This document shows, piece by piece, positions 1 through 40,208 of a stretch of 64,000 bases of DNA (positions are counted from its first letter, which is position 1; each line of letters opens with the position of its first letter). This DNA is from the human T2T-CHM13v2.0 reference genome, Homo sapiens. Both the position numbers and the translations under genes were made by a program. A model generated the notes under the pieces. That model saw only the letters and a list, made by a program, of their open reading frames with translations. It ran no database searches and was not told where the DNA came from. The stretch lies in NCBI RefSeq assembly GCF_009914755.1, contig NC_060943.1. One strand, given 5' to 3'.

Positions 1-450
1 GAATAAGGTATTCTGATGTGGCCCAATATTTCCTAACCTCTACCTCCAGGGTCTAAACTAGCAAATCAAATCAGGACAACCGACAAAGGACTGTTGGCCA
101 TTTTCAAATGGAAGATGAAATACCCTGTTAGTGAGAGTAATCCAGTAATTTTAAAAAAGAGAAGTCAGACTGAGATGCAGTGCAGTCAGGGCATGATTAC
201 CCTGGAATAGCCACTTCACACGGAACGATAGAGGAGCCTGTCTAAGATGAACAAATTTGGGTAACATAATTCTTGCTTAACCATTCTCAGCCTCTGCTGC
301 CCCCGACCCCAGCCCCATTCCAAATGGACATCCCACGATATGGTCAGCAGTGTGGTACAGCATGGTTAGAAAGGGGCTCAGGGATGGGATGAAGATCTTT
401 CCTGCATTATCAAAATGATTGAAAAGTTGTTAAAAAAAAATGTCCAAATG

Positions 451-775
<325 letters not shown>

Positions 776-929
776 TTACCCTTAAGTAGCAAATAAGATG
801 CATTATACAAGCAGACCCAGGTAAGGGAAAGAGCAAGTGCATTTCAAGTCTCAGCTCACTTCTTAATTAGCTGTAATTCCCTGTGCATTTTACCCTACCT
901 ACTTTAGCCTGTTTTTCTGTTCATAAAAC

Positions 930-1590
930 GCACTAATGCTGAACGGGGCGGGGGCAGGGGGTGGGGGTGGGAGTGGTATGGGGAGAGTGCCGGTCCTTAT
1001 CCAATCCTTGGCGCTGGAGCGGCAACCGCCCAATCAAGCGCGCAGTTGAAGAGGAGTGCATGGTTTCCGGCATTTGGCTGGGCCTTTGTCTCTCGCTCCC
1101 ACCAGAGCTTGGAATCCGTCTCTGCTCTTCTGCATTCTCCACCTCGGGAGCCCCTGGGGACTGTGACGGCCTCTGTTGCCCTGTGATCTGCAGGTCCGGA
1201 GAGACGCACAGCTAAGATGTCAGGACATCCTGGAAGCTGGGAAAGGGTGAGTGTGCGGGGTTGGGCATCCCGAAAGGAGAGAGCGGGCTGTGAAACCGGC
1301 GGGACTGCCTTCGTCACCGCTCCCGGGTTTCCGACCTGAGGTCCCTGCTGGCGCAGTTCAGCCCCAGGCCCCTCTGGCCGCAAGATGGCGGCTGGGCCCG
1401 CAGCCGGGATCCCCGCGTTCAGCCCCGTCCCTGCGGCGCCCAGTCTGGAGCTCCCTGGGCAGCTCTGCATGCAGCCCCGAGTATTTCCCAGATTGTTCAG
1501 GGATGCCAGGCGGATCATCAGGGCGGAATCCTGACTTGGTGTGTGCGTGGCAGGAGCTGCGGCAGGTGGGGCTCCCGAGTCTCTTTTCTT
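930..1590 (+). promoter_or_regulatory. CpG-rich KRAB-ZNF-type promoter (upstream paralogue; probable alternative promoter of the downstream ZNF gene)
   Basis: GC box/G-tract 945-971, CCAAT at 1001 and 1030, ETS-like TTCCGG 1065-1070, YY1-type CAAGATGGCGGC 1381-1392; colinear similarity to the promoter at 57280-57860 (ggcctttgtctctcgct, cagctaagatg, cccagattgttcaggga, gaatcctgact). Confidence 0.88.
1030..1246 (+). pseudogene. First exon of upstream KRAB-ZNF paralogue; ATG 1217 encodes MSGHPGSWER, donor GTGAGT at 1247
   Basis: cagctaagATGTCAGGACATCCTGGAAGCTGGGAAAGG|gtgagt parallels cagctaagATGCCAGGACCCCCTAGAAGCCTAGAAATG|gtgaga at 57500-57543; the exon-terminal ATG has become AGG. 5' end approximate. 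Confidence 0.85.
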
Positions 1591-1595
1591 AAACA

Positions 1596-3979
<2,384 letters not shown>

Positions 3980-3984
3980 TGCAA

Positions 3985-4262
3985 CTATAATGTTTTGCTA
4001 AGTTCTGTGAGTAGCTGTATCATTATTTAACTTGAGAAGATTATGAGAGCCCCCAGTTTATAGGAACTGGCTCAGAAGTATAGATGAGACCCTAGGAATT
4101 GTGACTGGGATCTGCAGTGGTGGCAGTGTTGTGGGACTGAGCCCTGAACTTGTAGGGTCTATGCTGACTCAAGGAGGTATCAGAATTGAGTTATTGGACA
4201 ACCAGTTGGTGTTGGAGAATTGGTTGCTGTTCAGCAAACTCCACACATTTGTTGTCAGAAAA
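3985..4262 (+). mobile_element. MER21-like LTR 3' part
   Basis: agttctgtgagt...ggcagtgttgtgggactgagccctgaacttgtagggtct...tcagaattgag...cacacatttgttgtcagaa resembles the MER21 3' end. Confidence 0.7.
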
Positions 4263-5025
4263 AGAATATCACAGATATTTGAGCTGGAGGGAGACTCTTG
4301 GTTTCTCTGGGAAGGGGAACTCTGTTCTGCACACAGGCTGTCACAATGCACATTGTCCTGTGATTCCAGATCTCTTCCCAGGGTGAAAGGGGACTGAGGG
4401 CTTGGAAGAAAGAAGTTCTGAAAACAGACTCCCTGCCCTCAACCTGCTACCACCAATGATTTCCGCCTACTAATGAACATACCCACTAGGAATGGGTGTG
4501 GCCAGAATCTTCACAAAACAAGAAGACTTGATCTGAGGAATTACTCTATAGTGGCTTTACCTCTAAAATTTCTCACCAAAGAATTACACAAGTGCCTAGA
4601 GGACTCCTGGATTATCCCTACCACAAACCCTGAACCTGAAGCAGCAACCTGGTCTCTCTATCACCCTGGGCTTGTGGACTACCAATCATAATCTCATCCA
4701 CCTGCATGGACACAGGAATATGTCAGAACATAACCCTGCCTGAATCAGTATCTGTAGCATAAACCAGTCTTTCCAGCTACCATGCACTGTCCCCCACTCA
4801 CGGGTCCTTGATAGCACCTTTCCCTCTTCTGTCTTTTGCTTTTCTACAAACCCTTTCTGATGTGCACAGTGTGCCTCAGGTGCCTGAATCCAGCACCTAC
4901 TGGGAGTCAGATGTCCATGAGTTCAAGATTATAGCCCTAGACCTGGCTGTCATAAGAACAGACAAAAATTAGAAATACAGTCTTCATCCTTGAAAATAAA
5001 AGATTTTTCTCTTTCCTTTTCTTAA

Positions 5026-5670
<645 letters not shown>

Positions 5671-7011
5671 AGAAAACTTTTATATAATTCTTTTCTGCCT
5701 ACTTGAAATAGATACAAATTATTCTAACTGCTAAATAGGCTTTTTGTCAGTATTTTTGACTCAGGACTGTTTTTAGAACCTAGGAATCATTTATTTAAAA
5801 TGTAAATAGCAAAGAAAATAGAACTTTATTCCATTTTCTGTTGGAAGATAGGAGTTTACCTTCAGCACAGTCCTGGTTCCAAGTTTCAAAACTACCTCTC
5901 ATGAAGACATTAGTTTATTTTTCCTTTAATTATAGCCAATTAGCAACCAAAGAAGACCTCCAATTTTTAGGTGAATTTAAGATAAACTGTATGTGACCAA
6001 TGGTGCTGTCAGTTCTTCTACTTGAGAACTAATTATGGTGGCTATTTGCAATTGAGTGTCTTTGCAATCTCTTAGCAGTTTGCTTATAATGGCCTTCACA
6101 TTCTGGAGTAATTCTGTAATAATTTTTTTTTTCTCTTCTCCAGTTGTGTATAATTTTTCTGAGGCTTCAGATAATTCTGTTTATAATTATGTTTCTCTAA
6201 GTTTGTCCAGAATTACTAAACAGGATATGAACACATACTGTGCCCACCATGCTTCATTCTGTATGGACCAGTCACAACATACAATTGTGCAATTGGGCTT
6301 CCATTCACAACACACAATTGTGCAGTAAAGTGCACACTGCCCTCAAAGTCTGCAGGCAGAATGGCCTTTCTTCGTATTTGGGATCTGCAATCATTAATAG
6401 CATACTTTTACCAGATTTCTACGAAAATTACTACAGGGCAACAATTAACTATTCCAGCTCTGTCTTTCTATCCCCCTGGCATCTTCAGATGCGAAATTCT
6501 TTCAAATACCATTTGGCCTGAAAACTCAACCAGGTTCACACATTTGCATTGAGTAAGCCTGAGAATCTAAACATTTTGCTTATTCTCTTGTCCAAATGCC
6601 TATGCATGTGGCAAGGGTGCCTTTGGCTTGCTTTTCTGCCCTCCTAAACCTAAATCTGCAGTTCCAAATTTTGAGTCCAGCTAATAGGGTTCTCCATTCT
6701 GTGTTGGAGCAGTCTTCATGTGGGGATTTCTCCTCTACTTTTCCTCTCCTCACTGTAACACAATATGGAGCCAAGTTAATGGTACCTAGAATCCACACAT
6801 AAGGGCTGAAATCCACCTGGGATTAACAAGACAGGGCCAGGCTTTGGATCTTGTCCAGTGAAATTTTGAGATTGTGTGAGGAGCTCCTGGTATAAACTGA
6901 ATCTGGTGGCAGAATCTCTAAGTGTAAAGAAGCATGTTAGCCAAGGGAAGTTAGGGCCACAACTGTCCAGAGCCATGAATGCATGAATGCAACCCCATCT
7001 CCTATGTGTGA

Positions 7012-7215
<204 letters not shown>

Positions 7216-8757
7216 TGAAGAACAAGTAGGAGGTCTGGAGGCTCAAACTGATATGTAAACAAATTGCTTTTATTATTATTATTTGCCATTAGAAAAACAG
7301 GTGAAACAGTCATGGACTCTACTATTCAGGAATTATTATTCTAGAGCCAGTAAATACATGGTTGAATTAAGAGTAATGTGATCAGAATGAAGAAGGGAGT
7401 TGCACAGAAGACTTGGGCTTTATTTGGGACACTGCTCTTATGTTGTTGTGAGTTCTGATGTCACCACCTGAAGGGACATCATAGACAGAAGAGTTGTTAC
7501 AATTATTTCTGTTGCTTTTCCCTTGTTAAGAATCGTTTCTAATATAGTTTTTCTAGAAAGTACTACATGTTTTGGTTAAGTCGGTTGTTAGTGTGTCATG
7601 CAAAATAGAGAAGAGGCTTAAACCATTAAAATCAGAAAAATTCTGGGAGTCAAGTTCTTGTTGGTCCAGCTTAGAAAAGATAGAACACAAAATAAGCCAG
7701 CAGCACAGAGAAGAGAAGCTGAGGGCCAACTCCCTGCCCCAGCCCTATCCAGACCTATGCTCTATGAGCCTTGTCCAGGTCTGGCCCCACCCTGAAATCT
7801 CCCCTCACAGAACTAATTAGAACTAATTACAGGAGATCAGACTCCTGTTTGGAACAACTATTGGATCTGCAGAAGTGTAAAACGGGTGTCTACCCTTGGT
7901 GTTTCTTCAGAGCTGGAGCTCAGAATTTTTCCAAACCTAAAAGCAAATAAATGAGAGCAAAGGAGTATACATTTGGAATCTTAATGTCTTTCTTTCTCAA
8001 TGAAACCAGTGCTTACATTTTACACAGCAACCTGTTTTACACTTCTGCAGATCCAATAATTGTTCCACAGTCATGAGAAAGTAAATAGAAACACAACAAT
8101 TAAAAGTCTCTCTACTTATCCCTTCCTTTCTATATCCCTCCCATCTGTCTGTATTTAGCTTTTATAGTGATAGGGAAACCAGAAGAAATAGCCTAAGCCA
8201 TCATCTAAATCCTACTGGGAATTATGAGACACTTAGTACCCACCTTTCAAAATTTTTTGAGGCTTAACCGACACAATGCGAGTTTCCCAGCACAGCACAT
8301 TACAGCATACATGGTGAGCACATAGTACAAGCTCAATAAACACTGTATTAATGTATGTGTACATGTTGTTCAAATGCAGATGTAGACATTACTACATTCT
8401 CCAGCCTCTGTAAACTTTAAAAAGCTGGCAAAGCATGTGATCCTCTGAGACAGTGACTTGTGGTCTTCACTGTAACAAAAAGTATTTGTGTTGCAATAAA
8501 GGTATTAGATGTAAGGGACTCTGTGTGCTATACTTTCTCTGAGTGCTGGAGAGCAACATCAGCATTAACAGGGAACTTTCGATAAAGAAGCCAATTTCTG
8601 GACCCCTCCAAAACCTGCAGAATCACATTAGTTAGAGAGTGGCTCAGAATACCAAATGAGCTATATGCACATCGAAGCTTGAGAAGCAATGGTCAGCTAA
8701 GTGGTTCTTAGCCCAGGCTTCCAGTTAGGATACATGACAAGTTTGAAGAAATACCAG

Positions 8758-10323
8758 TGAGAGGTGACAGCGTGCTGGCAGTCCTCAGAGCCCTCGCTTG
8801 CTCTCGGCACCTCCCCTGCCTGGGCTCCCACTTTGTGGCATTTGAGGAGCCCTTCAGGCCCCCCACTGCACTTGGGAGCCCCTTTCTGGGCTGGCCAAGG
8901 CCGGAGCCCACTCCCTCAGCTTGCAGGGAGGTGTGGAGGGAGAGGCATGAGCGGGAACCGGGGCTGCGTGCGGCGCTTGCGGGCCAGCTGGAGTTCCGGG
9001 TGGGCGTGGGCTTGGTGGGCCCCACACTCGGAGCAGCCAGCCAGCCCTGCTGGCCCCGGGCAATGGGGGACTTAGCACCCGGGCTAGTGGCTGCGGAGGG
9101 TGTACTGAGTCCCCCAGCAGTGCTGGCCCACCGGCGCTACGCTCGATTTCTCGCCGGGCCTTAGCTGCTTTCCTGCGGGGCAGGGGTCGGGACCTGCAGC
9201 CCGCCATGCCTGAGCCTCCCACCCACTCCATGGGCTCCTGTGCGGCCCGAGCCTCCCCGACGAGCACCACCCCCTGCTCCACGGCGCCCAGTCCCATCGA
9301 CCACCCAAGGGCTGAGGAATGCGAGCGCACGGCGCAGGACTGGCAGGCAGCTTCACCTGCAGCCCCGGTGCGGGATCCACTAGGTGAAGCCAGCTGGGCT
9401 CCTGAGTCTGGTGGGGACGTGGAGAGTCTTTATATCTAGCTCAGGGACTGTAAATACACCAATCAGCACCCTGTGTTTAGTTCAAGGTTTGTGAGTGCAC
9501 CAATCCACACTCTGTATCTAGCTGCTCTGGTGAGGACGTGGAGAGTCTTTATATCTAGCTCAGGGATTGTAAATACACCAATCAGCACCCTGTGTTTAGC
9601 TCAAGGTTTGTGAGTGCACCAGTCGACACTCTGTATCTAGCTGCTCTGGTGAGGACGTGGAGAACATTTATGTGTAGCTCAAGGATTGTAAATACACCAA
9701 TCGGCACTCTGTATCTAGCTCAAGGTTTGTAAACACACCAATCAGCACCCTGTGTTTAGCTCAAGGTTTGTGAATGCACCAGTCGACACTCTGTATCTAG
9801 CTGCTCTGGTGGGGCCTTGGAGAACCTGTGTGTTGAAACTCTATATCTAACTAATCTGATGGGGAGGTGGAGAACCTTTGTATCTTGCTCAGGGATTGTA
9901 AACGCACCAATCAGCGCCCTGACAAAACAGGCCACTCGGCTCTACCAATCTGCAGGATGTGGGTGGGGCCAGATAAGAGAATAAAAGCAGGCTGCCCGAG
10001 CCAGCATTGGCAACCCGCTCAGGTCCCCTTCCACACTGTGGAAACTTTGTTCTTTAACTCTTTGCAGTAAATCTTGCTACTGCTCACTCTTTGGGTGCAC
10101 GCTGCTTTTAAGAGCTGTAACACTCACCGTGAAGATCTGCAGCTTCACTCCTGAAGCCAGCGACACCACGAGCCCACCAGAAGGAAGAAACTCCGAACAC
10201 ATCTGAACATCAGAAGGGACAGACTCCAGACGCGCCACCTTAAGAGCTGTAACACTCACTGCGAGGGTCCGCGGCTTCATTCTTGAAGTCAGTGAGACCA
10301 AGAACCCACCAATTCCGGACAAA
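8758..10323 (+). mobile_element. Solo LTR12C (ERV9 LTR), ~1.57 kb
   Basis: Starts TGAGAGGTGACAGCGTGCTGGCAG, CpG-rich U3, tandem CACCAATCAGCAC repeats 9430-9950, ends AAGAACCCACCAATTCCGGACAAA; 4-bp TSD CCAG (8754-8757 / 10324-10327). Confidence 0.95.
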
Positions 10324-10892
10324 CCAGTACCTGTGTCTTCCCTACAGGTTATGTTTTTTCATGATTAGATTCAGATTAGTATTTACTTTCCTCTCCACTA
10401 ATATCACGGCAGTAATTATGGGCCCATCTGTGCATTGGCCTCTGGATCCAATTTGTCTAATTACAGCTGACACTAACTTTATTCATCTGGCTAAGGTGTT
10501 TTCTGCCAAGTTTCTTCACTATAAAGTTATTTTTCTCTTTATTATGAATGAGTATCTTGGAGGGATGGATTTCCCAAGTGAGGTTTATAAATTGTCACAT
10601 TTAATTGAAAAACTCTGTTTCTTTTTCTTTTTAGGTTTTTTTGTTTGTTTTTTGCTTATAGCTTGCTTTGGAGAACAAATCTCATTTTTGTTGACTGTAG
10701 ATATCAGCTTTTGAAACTGGAAGTTCTAAAAAAGGTATCAGTTTTGTAGGTTTTTATTTTATTTCATCTTTATTTTACAAGCATACATTTCATTTTCTGT
10801 ATTTTCAGAGAAAGAGAACAAAAATTAATATATAGCTAATATGTCATCTTAAAAATCTAAAATATAACATGGCACATAAAGCCAAAAAAAAA

Positions 10893-12231
<1,339 letters not shown>

Positions 12232-12460
12232 TTATATTTTGTTTTATATGTGCATATTTATGCTAGTTTTGTGGATCTTATATTTCCACAGAATTAGAGA
12301 ATATATTCGAAATATTACTGTGTTTAAAAGTATCTTATTTAGTAACTCAGGTCACTCATAAGTCAGAACCAGTTGTCTTAACTTTCTTATTTCATCTTGG
12401 GTCAAATTAGGAACTCTGCCCTTGACTGCATGATCAATGTGTTATTTATTTTTATTAGAG

Positions 12461-12585
12461 AAACTGTTGACATTCAGGGATGTGGTCATAGAATTCTCTC
12501 TGGAGGAGTAAAAATACCTGAACCCTTCTCAGCAGAATATGTATAGAGATTTGATGTTAGAGAACTATACATACGTTGTCTCTGA
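12461..12585 (+). pseudogene. Degenerate KRAB-A exon
   Basis: After ttagag acceptor translates [40 protein letters not shown]; the conserved Trp is TAA (12509-12511); donor decayed to GTCGGA (usual GTGAGG) and the exon is ~2 nt short. Confidence 0.93.
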
Positions 12586-12626
12586 GTCGGAATAACTTAC
12601 CTTCAGAATATCTAATGTCTAATAAC

Positions 12627-13441
<815 letters not shown>

Positions 13442-13808
13442 TAACAAGGGCTTTATTTCTTTCCTTTTTAGAATGTCTCCTTGGGAGGTAGTGCTTTGTC
13501 TGAATGAATTTCAGAGTTTTGCTTTCAGGAAAAAAAAAATTCTAAGTTTGTTGATGTAGAAAAAAATCTTCCTAGTGTTTCCAGCCCTCCCCCTTAGTTT
13601 TGATTCATTCAAACTTGAAAATGAAGCACAGAATTTCTAAACGTAAAATACTTCCTACATATTCTAAAGAAGCTGGTAGGAAACAGTATTTTGGGGAATA
13701 ATTTTTAAAAATCTTATATAATGTCCCCTTTTCTCCACTGAGCACAGTACTGAGCTGGCAATTACATATCCTCCAGCATTAATCATCTGACTTTTTATTA
13801 AAAAACAG

Positions 13809-13904
13809 GTCTTGCCATCTCTAAGCTGGACCTGGTGACCTTTTTGGAGGGAAAGAAAGAGCCCTGGACTGTGAAGAGTGAGGAGACCATAGCTGCACAG
13901 CCAG
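13809..13904 (+). pseudogene. KRAB-B exon (96 nt), open frame, intact splice sites
   Basis: aaaaacag|GTCTTGCC...CAGCCAG|gtaagt; translates (G)LAISKLDLVTFLEGKKEPWTVKSEETIAAQP, resembling the ZNF267/ZNF720-type KRAB-B. Confidence 0.93.
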
Positions 13905-13974
13905 GTAAGTGGGAGTAAAGATGGTAGGTGGCCTGGGTGAGAGGTTCAAAGGTCAATAAGCCAGATTTTCTTTT

Positions 13975-13992
13975 GTCTTCCATTATTTTATT

Positions 13993-14028
<36 letters not shown>

Positions 14029-14485
14029 CAGATCTGTTTTATGTGCAACAATTGATTCTATCAGATAATCAGACCAAGGCATTCCACTGGTAATTTTCCC
14101 TCAAATCAATTCAGGTGAAATTAGATATTTATGTACTTCCTGGGCTATCAAAACTTGAGATTTCATTATCAACTTCAGTTCTGAAGCCATACACACAATT
14201 CAAAATATACATTAACTAGGTTAAGTCAATAAAAGTGGGCTGAAAGAAACCACAGGATTCAAACAATGAAACCATGTATTTTGTTTGCCTGAGAGTCACA
14301 ATGTGAACAACAATTATTTCGCATATCTCATAGCTCTTCAGTGTAGAGGGAGTGGCTTCTGAACATAAGGTCATTGCACAGCAGGTGGGCAAACAGCTGG
14401 TGTGGCCTCCTGGAGGCTTCACCCAGTGCTGATTTCTTCTCTGCCTCTCCTTTTTTAGGTTCTATTTTTTTCATCTTTCATCTTT
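13975..14485 (-). pseudogene. Probable 3' end of an unidentified processed retrocopy
   Basis: Minus strand reads ...[42 protein letters not shown], then ~330 nt of UTR-like sequence, (TA)n, AATAAA and a short A-rich tail abutting the ZNF intron; no second TSD found. Confidence 0.4.
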
Positions 14486-14487
14486 CC

Positions 14488-15679
<1,192 letters not shown>

Positions 15680-15680
<1 letters not shown>

Positions 15681-16150
15681 TAGGTGGGAAGCTCTCAGAC
15701 TTAGTCGCCAGAGGGACAGCTTTGGGCGCGAGCTCCACACGTGGCCTGCAGGGTGGACCTAGTGGCTTCCTGGTCACACCATCAGGTGACCAGATGTGGG
15801 CTGAGCTGTGGCCAGTACTTGTGGCCGCTGGCCACACGTTTGGGTTGATCAGAGATTCAAAGCTTAGGAAGGAAGGTCAGCAGACTTAGAGGCCGGCCAC
15901 TGAGGTGGGCCACCTTGGGGGGAATAAGTTTCCAACGGGGACAGCTTCAGGCCGCAAGCGCCACACATGGCCCAGGGTGGAACTGGTGGGCTTCTGCCTC
16001 CGCCATGAGCTGGCTTCTCCTTCTGGCTGCCAGGTCTACAGGATGTCGGCCACAAGCGTAGGACTTGGTCGCCAGCTTAAAATGTTTAAGGGGGACCAGA
16101 TGGTTCTCGCCAGTGCAGTACCGCTTAGGTCCACCAGAAAAGCTCAATGA
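15680..16150 (+). other. GC-rich segment resembling the rDNA intergenic-spacer terminator region (degenerate Sal boxes)
   Basis: GGGTCGACCAG-like motifs at 15751, 15784, 15842, 15975, 16032, 16091, 16127; internal repeat gggacagctt...ccacac.tggcc..agggtgga. Confidence 0.55.
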
Positions 16151-16806
16151 TGGCTCACTGTGCCCTCCACCTTCCTGGGCTCATCCAGGTGATCCTCCCA
16201 TTTTGGCCTCCCAAATAGCTGGGGATCTGGGGATAGTTCTGTGTTTTGTTTGTTTGTTTTTTTCTATCCCCACTTTGAGTTTGTTTCCACAGTACATTGA
16301 GTTTTGTTGGTTTTTGTTTTTTGGGTTTTTTTTCCCTCTCTCTCTCATGCTCCTTCCTGTACACTGCAGTTGCTGTTGTTTTAGATTTCTTTCACCTAGG
16401 CTTAAGTGCAGTTACTTGATCACAGCTAACTACAGCCTCGACCTCCCTGGGCTCAGGTGATTCTTCTGTTTCAGACACCCTGCTTCCTTAGTAACTGGGA
16501 CTAAAGGTATACGGCACCACACTGGCACATTATTTTGCATATCTTGCTTTTTATTTTTGTAGAGATGGGGTTCCATCATGTTTTCCAGGCTGATCTCAAA
16601 CTCCCACGGTCAAGCGATCTGCTGGCCTCGGCCTCTCAAGGTACTGAGCTTACAGGCGTGAGCCACCATGCCTGGTTCTATCTCTGTCTGTCTGTCTACC
16701 TACCTAACTACCTACCTACCTACCTACCTACCTGTAATCAATCTATCATCTATCTCTCCTTTTTTTTTAAGAAGAGACTTGGTCTTGCTATGTTTTTCAG
16801 GCTCTG

Positions 16807-16851
<45 letters not shown>

Positions 16852-17000
16852 TTTTAATTTATTTATTATTTTTTAATATAGGGGTTGTCTCACCATGTGG
16901 CCCCCAGGATAGTCTCAAACTCCTGGGCTCAAAGTATCCTCCCGCCTTGACCTCCCAAAGTGCTGGGATTACAGGCATGCACCACCATGCACAATCTGGT
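16150..17000 (-). repeat. AluJ/FLAM fragments with (CTAC)n/(TCTG)n and (TA)n microsatellites
   Basis: AluJ-type cacagctaactacagcctcgacctccctgggctcagg; (ctac)n 16696-16732; (ta)n 16811-16842. Confidence 0.8.
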
Positions 17001-17752
17001 CATATTTTTGATGTGTTGATTCTTTCCAGTCCAGATGTATAATCTCATCCCTGAACATTTCTGATGGTGTGATTATGACATGTGACTTTATCTGGCAACA
17101 GAGTGAGTTGTTGCTCCCGCCTGAGCCCAGCCCCCAGAAAGGATTGTGACATATCGTTGGACCCAGAATTGAGGTAATGTAACTATTCCACTGCCTTGGC
17201 ACTGCCCACAGAAGACATTGTGACATATTGCTGGGTCTTGTACCCAGGTGGTGTGAATCTTCTCTCCTGCCTTGGCTCTTCCACAGGGGGCATTGTGTCA
17301 TATCGCTGGGCCCCACACATAGGTTATGTGACTCTTCTGCCTGTGCCCTGCCCATGTGGCCCATTGTGACATACTGTTGGGTCCCAAACCTAGGTGATGT
17401 AACTCTACTGCTTAGGCCCTGCCTACAGAGGACATTGTGACATATCCCTGCATCCATCACACAGGTAATGCAGCTCTCTTCTGCTTGGCCCCTACTCACA
17501 GAAAGGATTGTGATGTATCACAGGGCTCAGCACCTAGCTAACATGACTTTTCTCCTCTTCTAGGTTTTTGCCCACAGGGGATATTGTGACATGTCACTGG
17601 GCCTAATACTAGGGTGACAGTACTCTTGTGTCATGGCACTGCCCTCAGCAGGTGTGGTGATATATTACTGGGCCCAGAACAAATGTGATATGAGTCTCCT
17701 GCCTGGACCCTGCCTACAAGGTGCATTGTAACATATCTGGGGCCCTTTGACT

Positions 17753-40208
<22,456 letters not shown>

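Noticed and set aside
6270-6326. Direct repeat CACAACA[T/C]ACAATTGTGCA x2; also an 18-bp tandem duplication at 22264-22299 and a 35-bp Alu-head duplication at 37277-37346
   Set aside because: Isolated slippage duplications with no sign of function.
8708-9439. Several overlapping 77-158-aa ORFs
   Set aside because: All lie in the GC-rich U3 of LTR12C, where stop codons are scarce.
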